NCBI GenBank assembly: GCA_964016885.1
Contig: OZ024740.1
Span: forward strand, 243,598,001 to 243,662,000
Direction: 5' to 3'
Length of the DNA stretch: 64,000 nt
From: Eledone cirrhosa
Taxonomy: Eukaryota
The notes under the pieces are model-generated. The model saw nothing but the letters and a program-made list of their open reading frames with translations, ran no database searches and had not been told where the DNA came from. The translations under genes and the position numbers were made by a program. Below are positions 25,970 to 39,507 of the stretch, one piece after another. Numbering within the stretch: the first letter of the stretch is position 1; every line of letters starts with the position of its first letter.

Positions 25970-26321
25970 ATTATTTCAAGTTATGGTATTCACTTCTGGT
26001 GGTCTAGGGTTGTGTTAGTTGTGCGGTCTTATTTCACATTCTATTATGCCACCAATTGTACTGTTATACTGTGTGTATAATTGTGTGCTGAGATAAGTAA
26101 ATTGAGAGTTCCACAGAATATTTAGTATTACATATATGACATAAGATAAGATATTTAAAATAAATATAATTAAATATTTTATAAATATATATATATATAC
26201 ATATAATATTAAAATAATTAAAACAGAGAAATAAAAAGGAACAAAAATAAATAAAAAAAAAGACTATTTGAAAAAACCTATATACCAGAGAGTCTGCCAA
26301 ATATTGACAGCCATTCATTAT

Positions 26322-26510
26322 TTGGATTGGCAGTATCAGTAGTGGATCGGGCACCATGCTTTGTAGCATAGAACTACGTCCCTTTACGGTCTGAGTTCAA
26401 ATCCCGCCGAGGTTAACTTTGCCTTTCATCCTTATGGGATCGATAAAATAAAGCACCAGTAATGCACTGGGATAATTGCTGGCCTTGTGCCAAAAGTAGA
26501 AACAATTATT
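26322..26510 (+). mobile_element. SINE family A
   Basis: tggattggcagtatcagtag ... ctgagttcaaatcccgccgagg ... gtagaaacaattatt. Confidence 0.85.
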
Positions 26511-26851
26511 TCAGGAGTACAGGTAAAGAGATTTAGGGAAAGTCAAAGTTGATAAGGGATAGAATTATCACATACAAGTAATGGTAAGCCTTAAAGTTAT
26601 GAGGGTATGAAGATATTGTTTAGGAAAATGAAAATAGACCTACGAGACACTATATTCTAGACAAAGAAAGTATTTTAATTCAGTTACAGATTTAATATAT
26701 GTAAGGGAGGGGAAAAGTTATTAGAGGTGTTCCATACAGCATGGATATACCTTAATGAGAGTGGATATACATTGCTGAGAGAGAAACATGGGAGCATGTT
26801 AGGCAAAGATAAGGAAGTATCTTAAGTTACCGTTTAGATATCTACATACTT

Positions 26852-26902
<51 letters not shown>

Positions 26903-27383
26903 ATGAATAAAAATAACCAGAATTTAATTTAATATAATTTAATCATGGTTATTTTTATTCATTATATATATGCTCTGTGATATTGTAAAACTACTGTGAT
27001 TGGAAATTTACCAATTGGATTAAACTCTGAACTGTCATTTACCTATCTTGCTGTGGACTATAAAATCACATTTGAGCTTTGAATAATTCTTTGCCTTCAT
27101 ACAAACTATTTTATATATATATAAATGAATTAGGGAAATTTTCTTTATAGTTTGTTGCAAATATGTACTGGGTTGCTTATATTGGATTTTCCATAAGTAA
27201 TGAGTGTCAATAGTTAGACCACTTGTAAGTGGTAGTTAAAGTACCAATTATTGTTTGAGGTAGGTTACTCCAAGAGTGGCATGTCGTACCTATAGTTTCA
27301 TTGGAGTAATTATTCATGGGTTAGTTGTTTGTTTTACATGGATCTGATATATTGGCAGCTGGTGATATTGAATTGTATCTATC

Positions 27384-27418
<35 letters not shown>

Positions 27419-28429
27419 ATGCAAGATATTCATAGATAAAAGGCCAAGAAAGACAATGCTCAATCTATTGCAAGAGAGATTATTTAGTATAATCAAAATT
27501 TCATGCACTTAACATGTATGCATGACTTAAGGTCGCACATACATGTTAAATATATATATTTACATGCATACATATGTACATATGAACATCACACACACAC
27601 ACTCATATTTTCATGATTTCCGTTTGTTTTCTTGCTATTTAAATCTTAACAGCTAAACCTAACAGATTACATTTCAATGACCACCCAATCATTATGACAG
27701 CTATTTTCTCTTTTTACTGCAATTTTTGTACTGCATCTCATGTATTGGCCATATTTTGGTAATCAAAACAGTTTTTTCTTCAATTCTTAATATATATATT
27801 TTTCCAAAATATACCATCCATGCCTTTTCTATTTTTCTGCAGTGGTTTTCTTTTTGCTACACTTTGTTGTTTTCTGTACATCTACTTTGCATCAATTATT
27901 GTACAATTATAGGTCAAGGAATAGACCAGTAAAAGCCATTACAGTTCCTCATCTAGGACAGAGTTTATACTGCATATACAGACATCCTAGACCCATCTCC
28001 ATACAACAAAAAAGAAATATGCCACTCTTTTTTATCACCACTACAGTGGCCTCTTTTTCATCTCTGGTTGACCTTGTGCTAACCCCATCAAAACCCACCT
28101 AACTCACTAGCCTCTCCTTTCATTACCATTACAAATCCTGTCTCCTCTATTTCCCAAGCCTACACTAACCCCATTCTCATTATATCTTCTCCTTACTCTC
28201 CAGAATGTCAACCTTCCCTGTCTATGTTTTTCCAGCAGTCATTGACTTGCATTTGTTCAAGAAAAACATTAGCCATGTTGATCTCATTGGTCTTTGAGTG
28301 CCTGTGAAGGCTTTGGGCATGACTTCTTTCCTTCAGAGCAAAAAATTAGATGCTGTTATATTCAATGGTACAAGAATTCATGTAGAATGATGCAGAATGA
28401 AGGCATCAGATTTTACAACAGTTCTAACA

Positions 28430-30150
28430 CAGCCCTAACATTACCGTGACACAGGTGTAATATTCATGTAACACAGTTGCAATACTGCATGCCACGAGTA
28501 TAACATACTTGCAATATTGCTGCAACACAGTTGTAACATTGCAGCAACACAGTTGTAACATTGCTGTAACACAGTTGTAACATTGCTGTAATACACTTGT
28601 AACATTGCTGTAATAAACATCTGTAACATTGCTGTAACATAGTTGTAACATGGCTGTGAAACAAGTAAAACATTTTTGTGACATGGTTGTAGAATTACTG
28701 TGACGCAGCTGTAACAAAGTTGTAACAGTGTTTCAATACAGATGTAACACATTTGCAACACTGCATGGCACAGGTGTAACATAGTTTTAATATTGCTGTA
28801 ACACAGTTGTAACATTGCTGTGACAAAACTTTAACATATTTTTAACATAGTTGTAACATTACTCTAATGCTGCTGCGACATTGCATAATATAAGTGTAAC
28901 ATTCCTGTGACACAGTTGTAACTTTGATGTAATACAGTGGTAACACACTTGTGTCACATCTGTAAAGCTGTTATCACTTACCATGCAGTTATGATATAGC
29001 GGTAACACAACTGTAATTCAGTTGTAACATAGCTACAACTCCTCAATAACACATGTGTGACACTACTGTGGCACAATACAGTTTATGATACTGATGTGGC
29101 ACTACAATATTTTAGTGGAAATTAACATGACAGTTCTGCAAAAAGTTATGTAGCACAGTTGTGACACACTTGTAATACTTATGTAACACAGATATAATAC
29201 TACTGTAACAGAGTTTTTATCTTGCTTCAACACATTTATAATACTACTGTGATACAGTTGTAACATTACTGTAACACAGTTGCAATATTACTGTAACATG
29301 CTTATTTTGCTACTCTAACACAGATATAATACCACTGTTACAGAGATTTGAATTCCAGTAACACACTTATAGTTGTGTAAAACACTTGTATACCTCTATA
29401 ACAGTTGTAAGACTAAGTATTTCTACTGTATAAATGGTGTTACACTACTCTGTTACAGTTGTAACATTGCTGTAGTTCAATCATAGAACTTCCGTAACAC
29501 CAAAAGAAACAGGCTTGTAAAACTTTAAAGTTACTATAATGCTACTGTAGCTGAGTTGTAACAATACTGTAGTATAGTAACATATTGTAACAAATGTATC
29601 TCAATAATTGAAATATTGCTGTGACATTCTGTAATAACACCACTATATAATGTAACACAGATTTAAATCACTGTAATATAGTAACAATGGGTCAACTTTA
29701 ATACAACACCATTTAAGTATACTGTAACATTGTTGTAATATTCTAACAATGATCTGTCATCTGTTACAATTCTGTACCTTAATTGCAACAATGTCACAAC
29801 AATATTGTTACACACTTTCATAATGTTGTTACAGCAGTGTCATACAGCTGTCATACAGTAACAAAGATTAATATTTATGTGACATTGCTGAAACAGAGTA
29901 ACAATGAACTAACTGTTGTCACAATTCTGTACTTTGGTTATAAAAATGTCACAACACTGCTGTAACAATATTGTAACACAGCTTCATAATATTGAAACAA
30001 TACTGTCACACATCTAACATAAATTAATTATGTGACAATAGTGTGATAATACTGTGAATCAGTTACTAAATAATGTAATAAAAAATAATAATGATATAAC
30101 AATATTGTAGCACAATATATGTGATAATGCTGTAATACAATTAAATGAAA
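28430..30150. repeat. Degenerate satellite built on TGTAACA motifs (11/22-bp period)
   Basis: Recurrent gtaacacagttgtaacattgct units decaying toward the right. Confidence 0.8.
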
Positions 30151-30756
30151 CTATTCCAATAGTCAGAATTTCTGAAATTATCCTCATTATACATTGATAT
30201 ATTTAGACAGGTGTCCTTGACTTGGTTGTTATAGCCACAACTTTTCAGCCATTATGCCACTTAGGCTTTTTCATGTGTCTGTTGCATCCAGTAATGTCCC
30301 TAGAATTTTGAACCAAACCATTTATTCAAACCATGGGAGTAGACTGTTACCATTCCATTGTCTATACCCAGAATATTTAAGGATTGGTTATAAGTTTTCA
30401 TTTTACATGAAAGAATTGCATGTTGTTTGACTGCTATCATCAGGTTAGGACATTGGTTTCATGATTGTAAGTTCATAGGTTCAATCCACAAACTTGGTTG
30501 TATGTTGTATCCTTGAGCAAGGCACTTCATTTCACATTGCTCCATCCACTCAACTGAAAAAATGGATACCAGCAACAGCTGGGGGTTAACCATGTGATGG
30601 ACTGGTGTACTGTCGAAGGAGAATTTTGTATTTTCATTTCCTTAACATTTTAAATACCAAACCATGTGAAACCACCCTGGATTTGTCATTCAAAATTGAT
30701 CATTTTAAAATGTTTATACTTATATTAAAACTTTCCATTATAATAAGTAATGTTAG

Positions 30757-30968
30757 GGCAGTGGATTGGCAGTATCGGTAAGGGCTCGATGCCATGCTTT
30801 TTAGCATAGAATTACGGTCCTTTATGATCTGAGTTCAAATCCCGCCAAGGTTAACTTTGCCTTTCATCCTTACGGGGTCGATAAAATAAAGTACCAGTCA
30901 TGCACTGGGGTCGATTTAATTGACTTTCCCCTCCCCTGATGGCCTTGTGCCTATGTAAGAAAACATTA
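30757..30968 (+). mobile_element. SINE family A (longer variant)
   Basis: Family A head and core with an extra ggggtcgatttaattgacttt segment. Confidence 0.8.
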
Positions 30969-31211
30969 TAATAAGTAATGTTCTAAGCATACTAATGAAA
31001 AATTTAGCCATTTTATTGAATTCATCCAATTTTTTTTCTATTATTTTCAAAATTAATTGAAACACACAGGCAGTGTATTTCTTTTTAAATATGGCAATGA
31101 AAGGGCCACAGGAGACTGGAATAATCTCTGGTCAGATGAGCATCTAGACTCACAAAAGACTTTAAGTTATTAGTTACATTGTGGTGTCACTTGCTTATCC
31201 CACATAAATTA

Positions 31212-31270
<59 letters not shown>

Positions 31271-33254
31271 TGTACTAATTCAGGGGCAATAGCATAACCA
31301 ATATATGTCAATTATGTTAAGAATGCTAGTTTACCTGCTGGACATGAGTTCAATTCCTGAGTCAGTGTAGCTATATATATGCTTGTTTAAGTAGAACAAG
31401 CAAGTGACATTACAATTATCTAATCCAAGAATAAGATGAACTTGGACAATGAAATGAGAATAATTTCTCCACTTTTGAGTAAATGGCTTGGGTCAAAATT
31501 CTGAAAGCATTACCAAATATGGCAGAATGCCATAGGGTATATAGCTGAAATATTGTGAATATAACCAAGATGGGGACACTAGTTCAAATAAGTCAGTGTA
31601 TAATAATGATACAATACATTGTATAATAATACTATAACAATACTGTAATACAATTATAAGACTAATGTAACATTGGTGTCACGTTGGTGCCACACTGGTG
31701 CAACACATCAGTTATTGTCTACCATTACTACAGAATCCTATATAAACATTTATCATCAATTTCTCTTGGCTTGTTCTTTTTATTTATTCCTTCAGTGTTT
31801 CATTTATTATTATTGCTGTTGCTAACAATTGATGATTGAAGTCAGAGGGGTGTAGGTGGTGGTATGAGCTCTGATCAAGTTGACCTATGATCAGGGACAT
31901 TCCAGCCATAGCCATCCCATCTTTTATTTCAGGTGTCTAGGACTGCATTATTCAATGTATTTTTTCTTTCATAAGACAGAAGAGTGTAATTTGAGAGAAA
32001 TTTAACTGCTCAGATGACCAAATAGAGACTTCCTCGTGGTAGTGGTAAAAATATGAAGATAATGAAGGGTTTTGGTGAAAGTGGAAGGGTTTATGTAGAA
32101 TTTTAGTAATATTATTTTCATATGTGAGGCTGTCATGAGATATTGTTAGTGTTTGTGAAGATTGGCCATCTGAAAGTAGGGAGTGTATTGCAACCTACTC
32201 CCCATATTCATATTGACTAACAACCCACTCAGAATGTGGCTCAGGATCAAATGATCAATGGCTTGACCACTTACATCTGATTCAGTTCATAACAACCTGC
32301 TGGTCCAGAACTTCAGCCAGGAACTCAACCAACTAAATCAGGAACTGATCCCATCTCACAACAGATCCAAGATTCAAGTCAGGCTCACAACCACCCTGTA
32401 ATTTGTCCTTGGCTTACAACCAACTCAGGATAGGAACTTGGCTTATAACATGCCACCACAGGACAATCTAGTTCACAACTAATTTGACCATGACTCATAA
32501 TCACCATCTGACTTGACCTTGACACATAACCAATCCATGTCATATACATGGATCACAACTGACTTAGAACTTAGCACTGGCTCAAAAGTGTGATAGTGCT
32601 TGAACCTGGATTACAGAGCCAAGATTTTCCTGATTCACAACCAGCCTGTAAATTGTGTTTGGCTCAATTGACTCAGAAGTTGATCCCAGCTGGATTCATA
32701 ACATGAATTTGGATTTAATCCTGGCTCAAAACCAGTAATTAACCTAATACTTAATGCAAGTTTACAATGGAGTTCAATTCATTGTCACATCTGGACTTCA
32801 TTCTCTTACAATTGATCCAAGATTTTATCCAACCCTATGTTCTGGCTTACAAGTGACCTTGACTGGCAAAATATATGAAACTGAACTCAACTTTCAATTA
32901 ATCCTGCTCTTCACTCCAAGTAACAACCAATCCAGGAGTTGATTTTGGTTCAACTTCTATGCATTAGAAAAATATCAGGTACAAATACACAATAAAACAT
33001 TAGAAAAAAACAAATATAATGGCAAAATCCGTTTCTCACCCAGGTTGGGATAACATAGAAAATATGGCATAGTCTAGTTCAACTCAACTTTCATCATTTA
33101 GTTAAGTCAAACATGAGGTAGTGAGGAGAATTATAGTATATGAATATGCAGTGGATAGTTGCAATAGGGCAGTAATTGGGGAACCTGATAGGTGAGGAGA
33201 TAGTGATGATTTGGTAGTTGCTGTGTTTGAAGGTAAGAAAGAGATTAAGGGCAT

Positions 33255-33440
33255 TTGGAATGTTGGTTAGGGATATATGCAGGAAATTAAACTAGTTCAT
33301 GAATAGGTTTGAAGATTGTGAAAGGTGTCTACACCTGTAGCATCCTATACTATGCTACAGGTGTAGAAACCTTTCACAATCTTCAAACCTATTCATGAAC
33401 TAGTTTAATTTCCTGCACATATTCCTAACCAACATTCCAA
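33255..33440. repeat. Near-perfect hairpin, 89-bp arms with 8-nt loop
   Basis: 33255-33343 is the reverse complement of 33352-33440 with 3 mismatches; loop cctatact. Confidence 0.93.
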
Positions 33441-34654
33441 TAGGAGCATCCACGCCGCAGCCCTGGGAATATTGATAAGATACTGCTAATCCTATCACTA
33501 CCACAAGCAACAGTTGTAAGTGTGTAGACATGTTAAGAAGAAGTATAGGATGAATGTGAGAAGCAAGAAAGGTTATGAGTGTTGAACTCACTGGGTGCAA
33601 TGACTTCAGAGGATGATAAATTGAGATAGATATACTCAATACAAGAAGAGATATGGCCAAAGCATTGTTGGTGGGTGGAGATCAGAGAACAGTAGAGGAA
33701 GCAGATGTATTTGGAAAAGAGGAGGAAGGAATCTCTTGGTAAGTCTTGGAAAGGAATAGGATATGTGCTTTGTATGTTAATGAAAAGGGATATGTTAGAC
33801 CTAGTTTGACTCAGAGTAAAGAAGAAAAAGGATATTTTAGTGGGTTTAGTTTTAATTTTTGTCATCTAGATAAGTGTAGAATATGTCATTGTGGCATGAA
33901 GTCATATCTGGATACTTGCAACAGAGCAAACTCTACTAGTAGCAACAGTGATAGAAGTGGTGGTAACAGTGGCGGTGGTGGTAATAGTAGTGATGATGGT
34001 GGAGGTAGTTGTAGTTAGCAAGAGTAGTCAAGATATTTGTCATAGTAACAGTAGTGGGAATGGTCTTTGTAATTGTAGTTTTGTTTAATTTTGTTGTTGT
34101 TATATTTATTTTGTCGTTGCTGTTTCTGTTGTTGCAGTTGCTATTGCTGCTGTTACTGCAACTGTTGTTGTTGGAGTTATTTGTGTTGCTATTGTTGTTG
34201 TTGTTGTTTTTGCTGTTACTGTTTTTTGTTGTTGCTGCTGTTGCTGTTGTTGTTTCACCTGTCTGTGTGTCTCATAGTAATGATGACGATAGCAGCAAAC
34301 TATTCAGTCTATTATTCCAGCATTCCTCATCTGTGTGTCTTCTGCCTGAAATATGAATACAATTCATTCTCAAATGTCTGCAAGTGGAGACATTTTTTTC
34401 TTTCCCCACTCCCCCATACTTTCTGTCTCTCTCTCTCACATACATACACACACATACACTCTCTCTCTCTGTCTTTCTCTCTCTATCTATCTATATATCT
34501 ATTAATATTGACTCTGTGTAAATATTATCAGGTGTACAGATTGGGATCAGTGTTTCATTTTCATGTTTGTTTCTGAGTTAAGGCACAAGGACAGCTGTGG
34601 GGTTAAAAAATTTGCTGAATATAACAACCTTAGAACTCCGGGGGTGGGTCCAGT

Positions 34655-35200
34655 GTATTCAGAGAAGATCTGGGCCTTTAAGGTAGCCAACAAACAAATT
34701 GGTGTAGTTTGGGGCCACTCTGGTTCCCATGGCCTCCCCAAAGACCTGTTGGTAAAACTCTCCAGAAAAGGAAAACCCATAGAGAGTGATAATGAGCTCA
34801 GCAAGGCAGGGAAAAGTGGAAGTGCCAGGGTAGGATGTAGGGAGTAAGTTAAAGTGTTGGAGAGCGCAGAGGCTGGCATCATGAGGGATGATGGTGTAGA
34901 GCGAGGTGATGTCCAAGGTGAAGAGAAGACAAGATGGGCCAACAGAGAAGGAGGAGTTGAACAGTTGAAGAGCATGATTAGTGTCATGGATGGGGGAGGT
35001 CATGATCTGTTGGTAGCCTGGGTTGAGTCAGAAGTAAAGGGTGGGAAAATTGGGTGTTGTGAAGCTGGCGGAGGGTCTCAGTCCTGTTGAGATCTGCATG
35101 CCACACCACCATGGCATCACCATTATCAGTGGGTTTATTGACAATGTCATTGTGGGGCCATAGGCTGTGAGAACAAAGAGCTCAGCCTGTGTAAGTTTGG
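34655..35200 (-). mobile_element. Penelope-like RT fragment
   Basis: ORF 34659-35003: LFTLDITSLYTIIPH ... FSFSGEFYQQVFGEAMGTRVAPNYTNLFVGYL (PLE RT motifs). Confidence 0.85.
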
Positions 35201-37100
35201 TGTGATGAGAACACTTGTGGAAATTGAAGCAGTTCAAAACATATAAAAAATTGACTGGGGATAATTTGTAAAGAGGGTAAACACACATAGTTACGGAGGT
35301 AACATTATAAAAATTAACGAGAACCTTGAATATGATGAAATTAACGAGAATCTCGCAATAATGATTAATCTCCTTTGTATATATTCCATTAAAGAAATAT
35401 ATTTCACCATTAATCGGTGAATTGCAGTTGTCAAATCTTGGATCATTAGCAAAGGAGAAGATTTAACTGCCTGTGATTACACACTAAGAACAAATATAAA
35501 TGGAGAGAGAATAACCAAGTTACACTTAAAACATAATTTTAATTCTACATATGTTTCAATGTATAGCAGGGTGCATACCACGATATATATGAGGCATTTG
35601 TCAGCCCCTCTACATATCTTCAGGAATTTATATATAAGTTTCAAGAGTAATACATACAAGAGATACCTTCATACCATAGATGAGATTCATACCATATCAA
35701 TTAATATAACACAAATTACAAGTACATTCAAAAGCAGAAGCAGAAGCAGTGTATCAAAATGTAGTACTTCTGTGCATCTACACCTTAACTAACATATGAT
35801 TAAATTTATATTATATATATATATTTATATATATACACAAAAATCTCCAAAATGGCTGAATGAATACACATGTTTTTTTTCCTCTTTTTACCCCATTCTT
35901 TTCTCTTCTCATTCTTTTCTTTCTATTTATCATCTATTTCTCCTTCTATCTCCTGATGAAGGACTGGTGTCTGAAACGTTAAGAATCTTTTCCTGCTATT
36001 TCAAGCGTTAAACTAATATACCATGTTGTTTGCTTTGTTATTTCTGTTTACATTTTACACACACACACACACACACACACAATTTAAAGTCCATGTGCAA
36101 AATTTATTAATAACATTAATAACTTTGGATGCGTACATGATATAACTACCCATAAACTCCATATAAAAGCTTTATACAAATTATATGCATCAGTGTTTTA
36201 GCATTCAAGCTGATTACTTTGTTTGATAATTGATTTTATAACTCATTGAAAACATTCCACAATGGTTAATTATGTAGCTATAATAAACTATAATTATTAA
36301 GATTTTAAGTATCTTCATGCCTCAAAACTAATTATATTAATATAGCTCATATATGTAGTTTACTGGGCATTTTTATGATTTGTATATCCAAAATTATTAA
36401 TATCTAAATTTGTACAAGGATTTTATACACACCTTTATATATACTCTCAAACAGATTCACCTTAGAACAAAGCAACCTTCATTGTGTTGGTGGCAGTATA
36501 AATACACTTGGTTCACTGCAGGAAGTGGTTGGCCTTCGACTGGTAACAACATAGGGTAGAGAAGATTCTTCAGTCAAGTCAAGGGTAGAACAATCTCCTT
36601 GTGCTGGTGCCTTAGTAAAATACACCCAGTACACTCTGTAAATTAGTTGGTATTAGGAATGGCATTTAGCCATATAAACCATGCCAAAAAATAGAGTATA
36701 TAAGTGGGATGTGGCCAACTGGCTCATCTAAAAGGACAGTAGCTTCAATTAACTATTGATTTGGTCTATAAGATCCATACAGCCCATGCCAGCATGGGAA
36801 AGCAGATGAGGATAATGTTGATGATTTCTCTCACTATTATAATCTTGAAAATATCTGCTGGGGAAGCCCATCCTTCTCCAGGTTAGAACACAGTTTAATT
36901 TCTCACAAAAGAAGAAAGAGATATAAAAGAATTAACCACAGTAATGGATTGATACAGTTATTATCAACTGAAAGGATGAAAGGTAAAGCTAACCTTGGCA
37001 GTATTTGAATTCAGAATGCAGACAGAACAAATACCCTAAAGCATTCTATCTGACATTCTAATGACTCTGCCAATTCACTGCCTTATTTTAGATATATTAA

Positions 37101-37299
37101 CCCTTTAGCATTTACATTATATATACTATTGTATTTTCGTAGTAAAGGCTTTATCTCACATAATATCGAATCTATGAGATTTTGATATTATTTATTTTGA
37201 GAACAATACCTTAACATCGGTATGAGCGGCCGGTTACAGCCGGTTTGAACAGAAGAGGTGAGAGAATTCTGGCCAGTTACAGCCAGTTATGCTATAGGG
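37101..37299. mobile_element. piggyBac-type MITE (opposite orientation)
   Basis: TTAA|CCCTTTAGCA ... TGCTATAGGG|TTAA. Confidence 0.8.
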
Positions 37300-38009
37300 T
37301 TAAATGATATATATAAACACCACCAGCACGATATATATAAACACCACCACGACTACTTTACACCAAGTTTGCAGAATCGGAGGAGGAATGCACAAAAATG
37401 CCACTGCATTTTGAGATCAAATCCAACCAAAGTAAAATTTGGTTTTCATCTTTCCAGAGTTGATAAAATAAAATACCAGACAAGTATTTCTGAGGGTCGA
37501 TATAATGCAATGTACCCCCCACACCCCACTCATATATATTTTAATCAATATTATAAATAGTAGACTAATAAAGCATAAGACATAAATAGATTGTTTTTTG
37601 TTTACATTTTGAAACAGAAAATGGGCTGTTGTTGTAGTAGTAATAGTAGTAGTTGTTATTATTGTTGTTGTTGCTGCTGCTCCAGTAGTTGTTATTATTA
37701 TTGTTGTTGCAGCAGTAGTTCTTGTATTTGTTGCTAGTGATTTTGTTTTTTGCAGCTGCTGTTGTAGTTGTTACTGTTGTTGATGTTATTGCTGACGTAT
37801 TGACTGTTACGGTTCATATAAAAATGATATATATGGTAGTGGGGATGAGAAGTGTATATATTGGTGGGGATGAGGTTATATTCTATAGAATTGATTTATG
37901 GCAGTAGTTAATGGCGAGGCGTGTAGATGTAGAATGGTTGTAGGGGAGAATGTGCAGTCTGAGTTGTAAAGCAGCATGTTAACTGTGATAAGATGGAAAT
38001 TATATATAT

Positions 38010-38803
38010 ATAGGTTAGTCGTTAGTGACATCTCAATAAGCAAGAGACAGAATGAGACACACAGGAAGGTGTGGAAAAGGAAGGTCTGGAAGCTAAAAGA
38101 CCTTTCACTAAAGTATAAATTTAGTAAAGATCTTTCAAGATTTGTATGACAAGAAAGAATATGAATTAGAATTGTATGACATAGATGATAACTGGAAGTT
38201 CTTACGTGACAACTTATTGCAGGCTACTGAAGAAATTTGTGGCTGGAGCAGGGCTCCAACTAGACAAAGGGTGACCTGGTGGTGGAACAGCATGGTAGAT
38301 AGAGCCATTAAAGACAAAAGGCAAGCATGGAAGGCTTGGAAAAATGGTGGGAGTAGAGACTGATACTCAGCCGCTAAAAGAGAGGCTAGACATCAGGTAT
38401 ACTTAGCACACAGGGAAGCTGAGAGTAGGAGACTTGCCAATGTTCTGCGACGTGAAGATCAGAGGCATCTGGTGTTCCGCATTGAAAGGCAGTGTGTCAG
38501 TGTAAATCAGGATGTTGTTGGAGATAAGTGCATCCGAAATAATGCTGGTACACTTAGTGTCACTGATGCTCAGAAAAAGGAGGCTGGAAATGTCATTATG
38601 AGAGACTGATAAATGTTAAGAATGAATGGGACAGAGAGAAACTACCCCCAACAGAAGGACCACCTATTGAGATTGATGACTATAGGGTCAAAGAGGCAAT
38701 TAAAGAAATGAAAAGTGGTAAGGCTGCTTGACCGTCAGGGTTAGTTGCTGAGATGTTGAAGGCATCATGAGAAGTAGGAACTAAACTAGTTACACACATA
38801 GTC

Positions 38804-38836
<33 letters not shown>

Positions 38837-39507
38837 TTTACGTCCACTTTTCCCTGCTTGCAAGGGTGGGACGGGAACTGATTCTGGCTTGATTACTACA
38901 CCTGGATGCCCTTCCTAACACCAACCTCATTTACAGTGAGTGCTGGGTGCTTTTTTGCAATGGCATCTCCACGACCACTTTGCAGTGGAATGATATGGAC
39001 CCCAGTCCCTATCATCTCATTTCTACAGCTGAGTAAACTGGAGCAATGTGAAATAAAGTGTCTTGCTCAAGGAAACAACACATCACCCGGTCTGAGAATT
39101 GAATTCACAACCTTTCGATTGCAAGGCCAATGCTCTAACCACTAAGCCATGTGCCTCAATCAAGTTATATATGGCGGAGTCATACCCAAAGATTGGTGCA
39201 GCAGTATTCTTATAAATTGCTACAAAGGTAAAGGGGATGCTCTGGAGCGGAGCAATTATAGGGGCATAAAACTGATGGGTCAGGTTATGAAAGTGACAGA
39301 AAGAATGCTAGCATAACTAATTAGATGAGAATACAGTTTGGTTTTGTGCCTGGGAAAAGTACAACAGATACCCTCTTCTTAATGAGACAACTACAAGAGA
39401 GGTTCTTAGAGAAGAATAAGCCACTATACTTAGCTTTTGTTGACCCAGAGAAGGCCTTTGATAGAGTACCCCGATCTGTCATCTGGTGGTCCCTAAGAAA
39501 ACTAGGT
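38010..39507 (+). mobile_element. RTE LINE fragment interrupted by a SINE
   Basis: EEICGW..TWWWN, KGKGDAL..NYRGIKL, QFGFVPGKSTTD, FVDPEKAFDRVPR; ends at LRKLGV. Confidence 0.88.
38809..39157 (-). mobile_element. SINE family B nested in RTE
   Basis: Reverse complement of 10789-11120 with (cat)n tail; aatca duplicated at both ends. Confidence 0.88.

Noticed and set aside
34054-34576. Cys-rich or Leu-rich ORFs
   Set aside because: (TTG/CTG)n low-complexity repeat.
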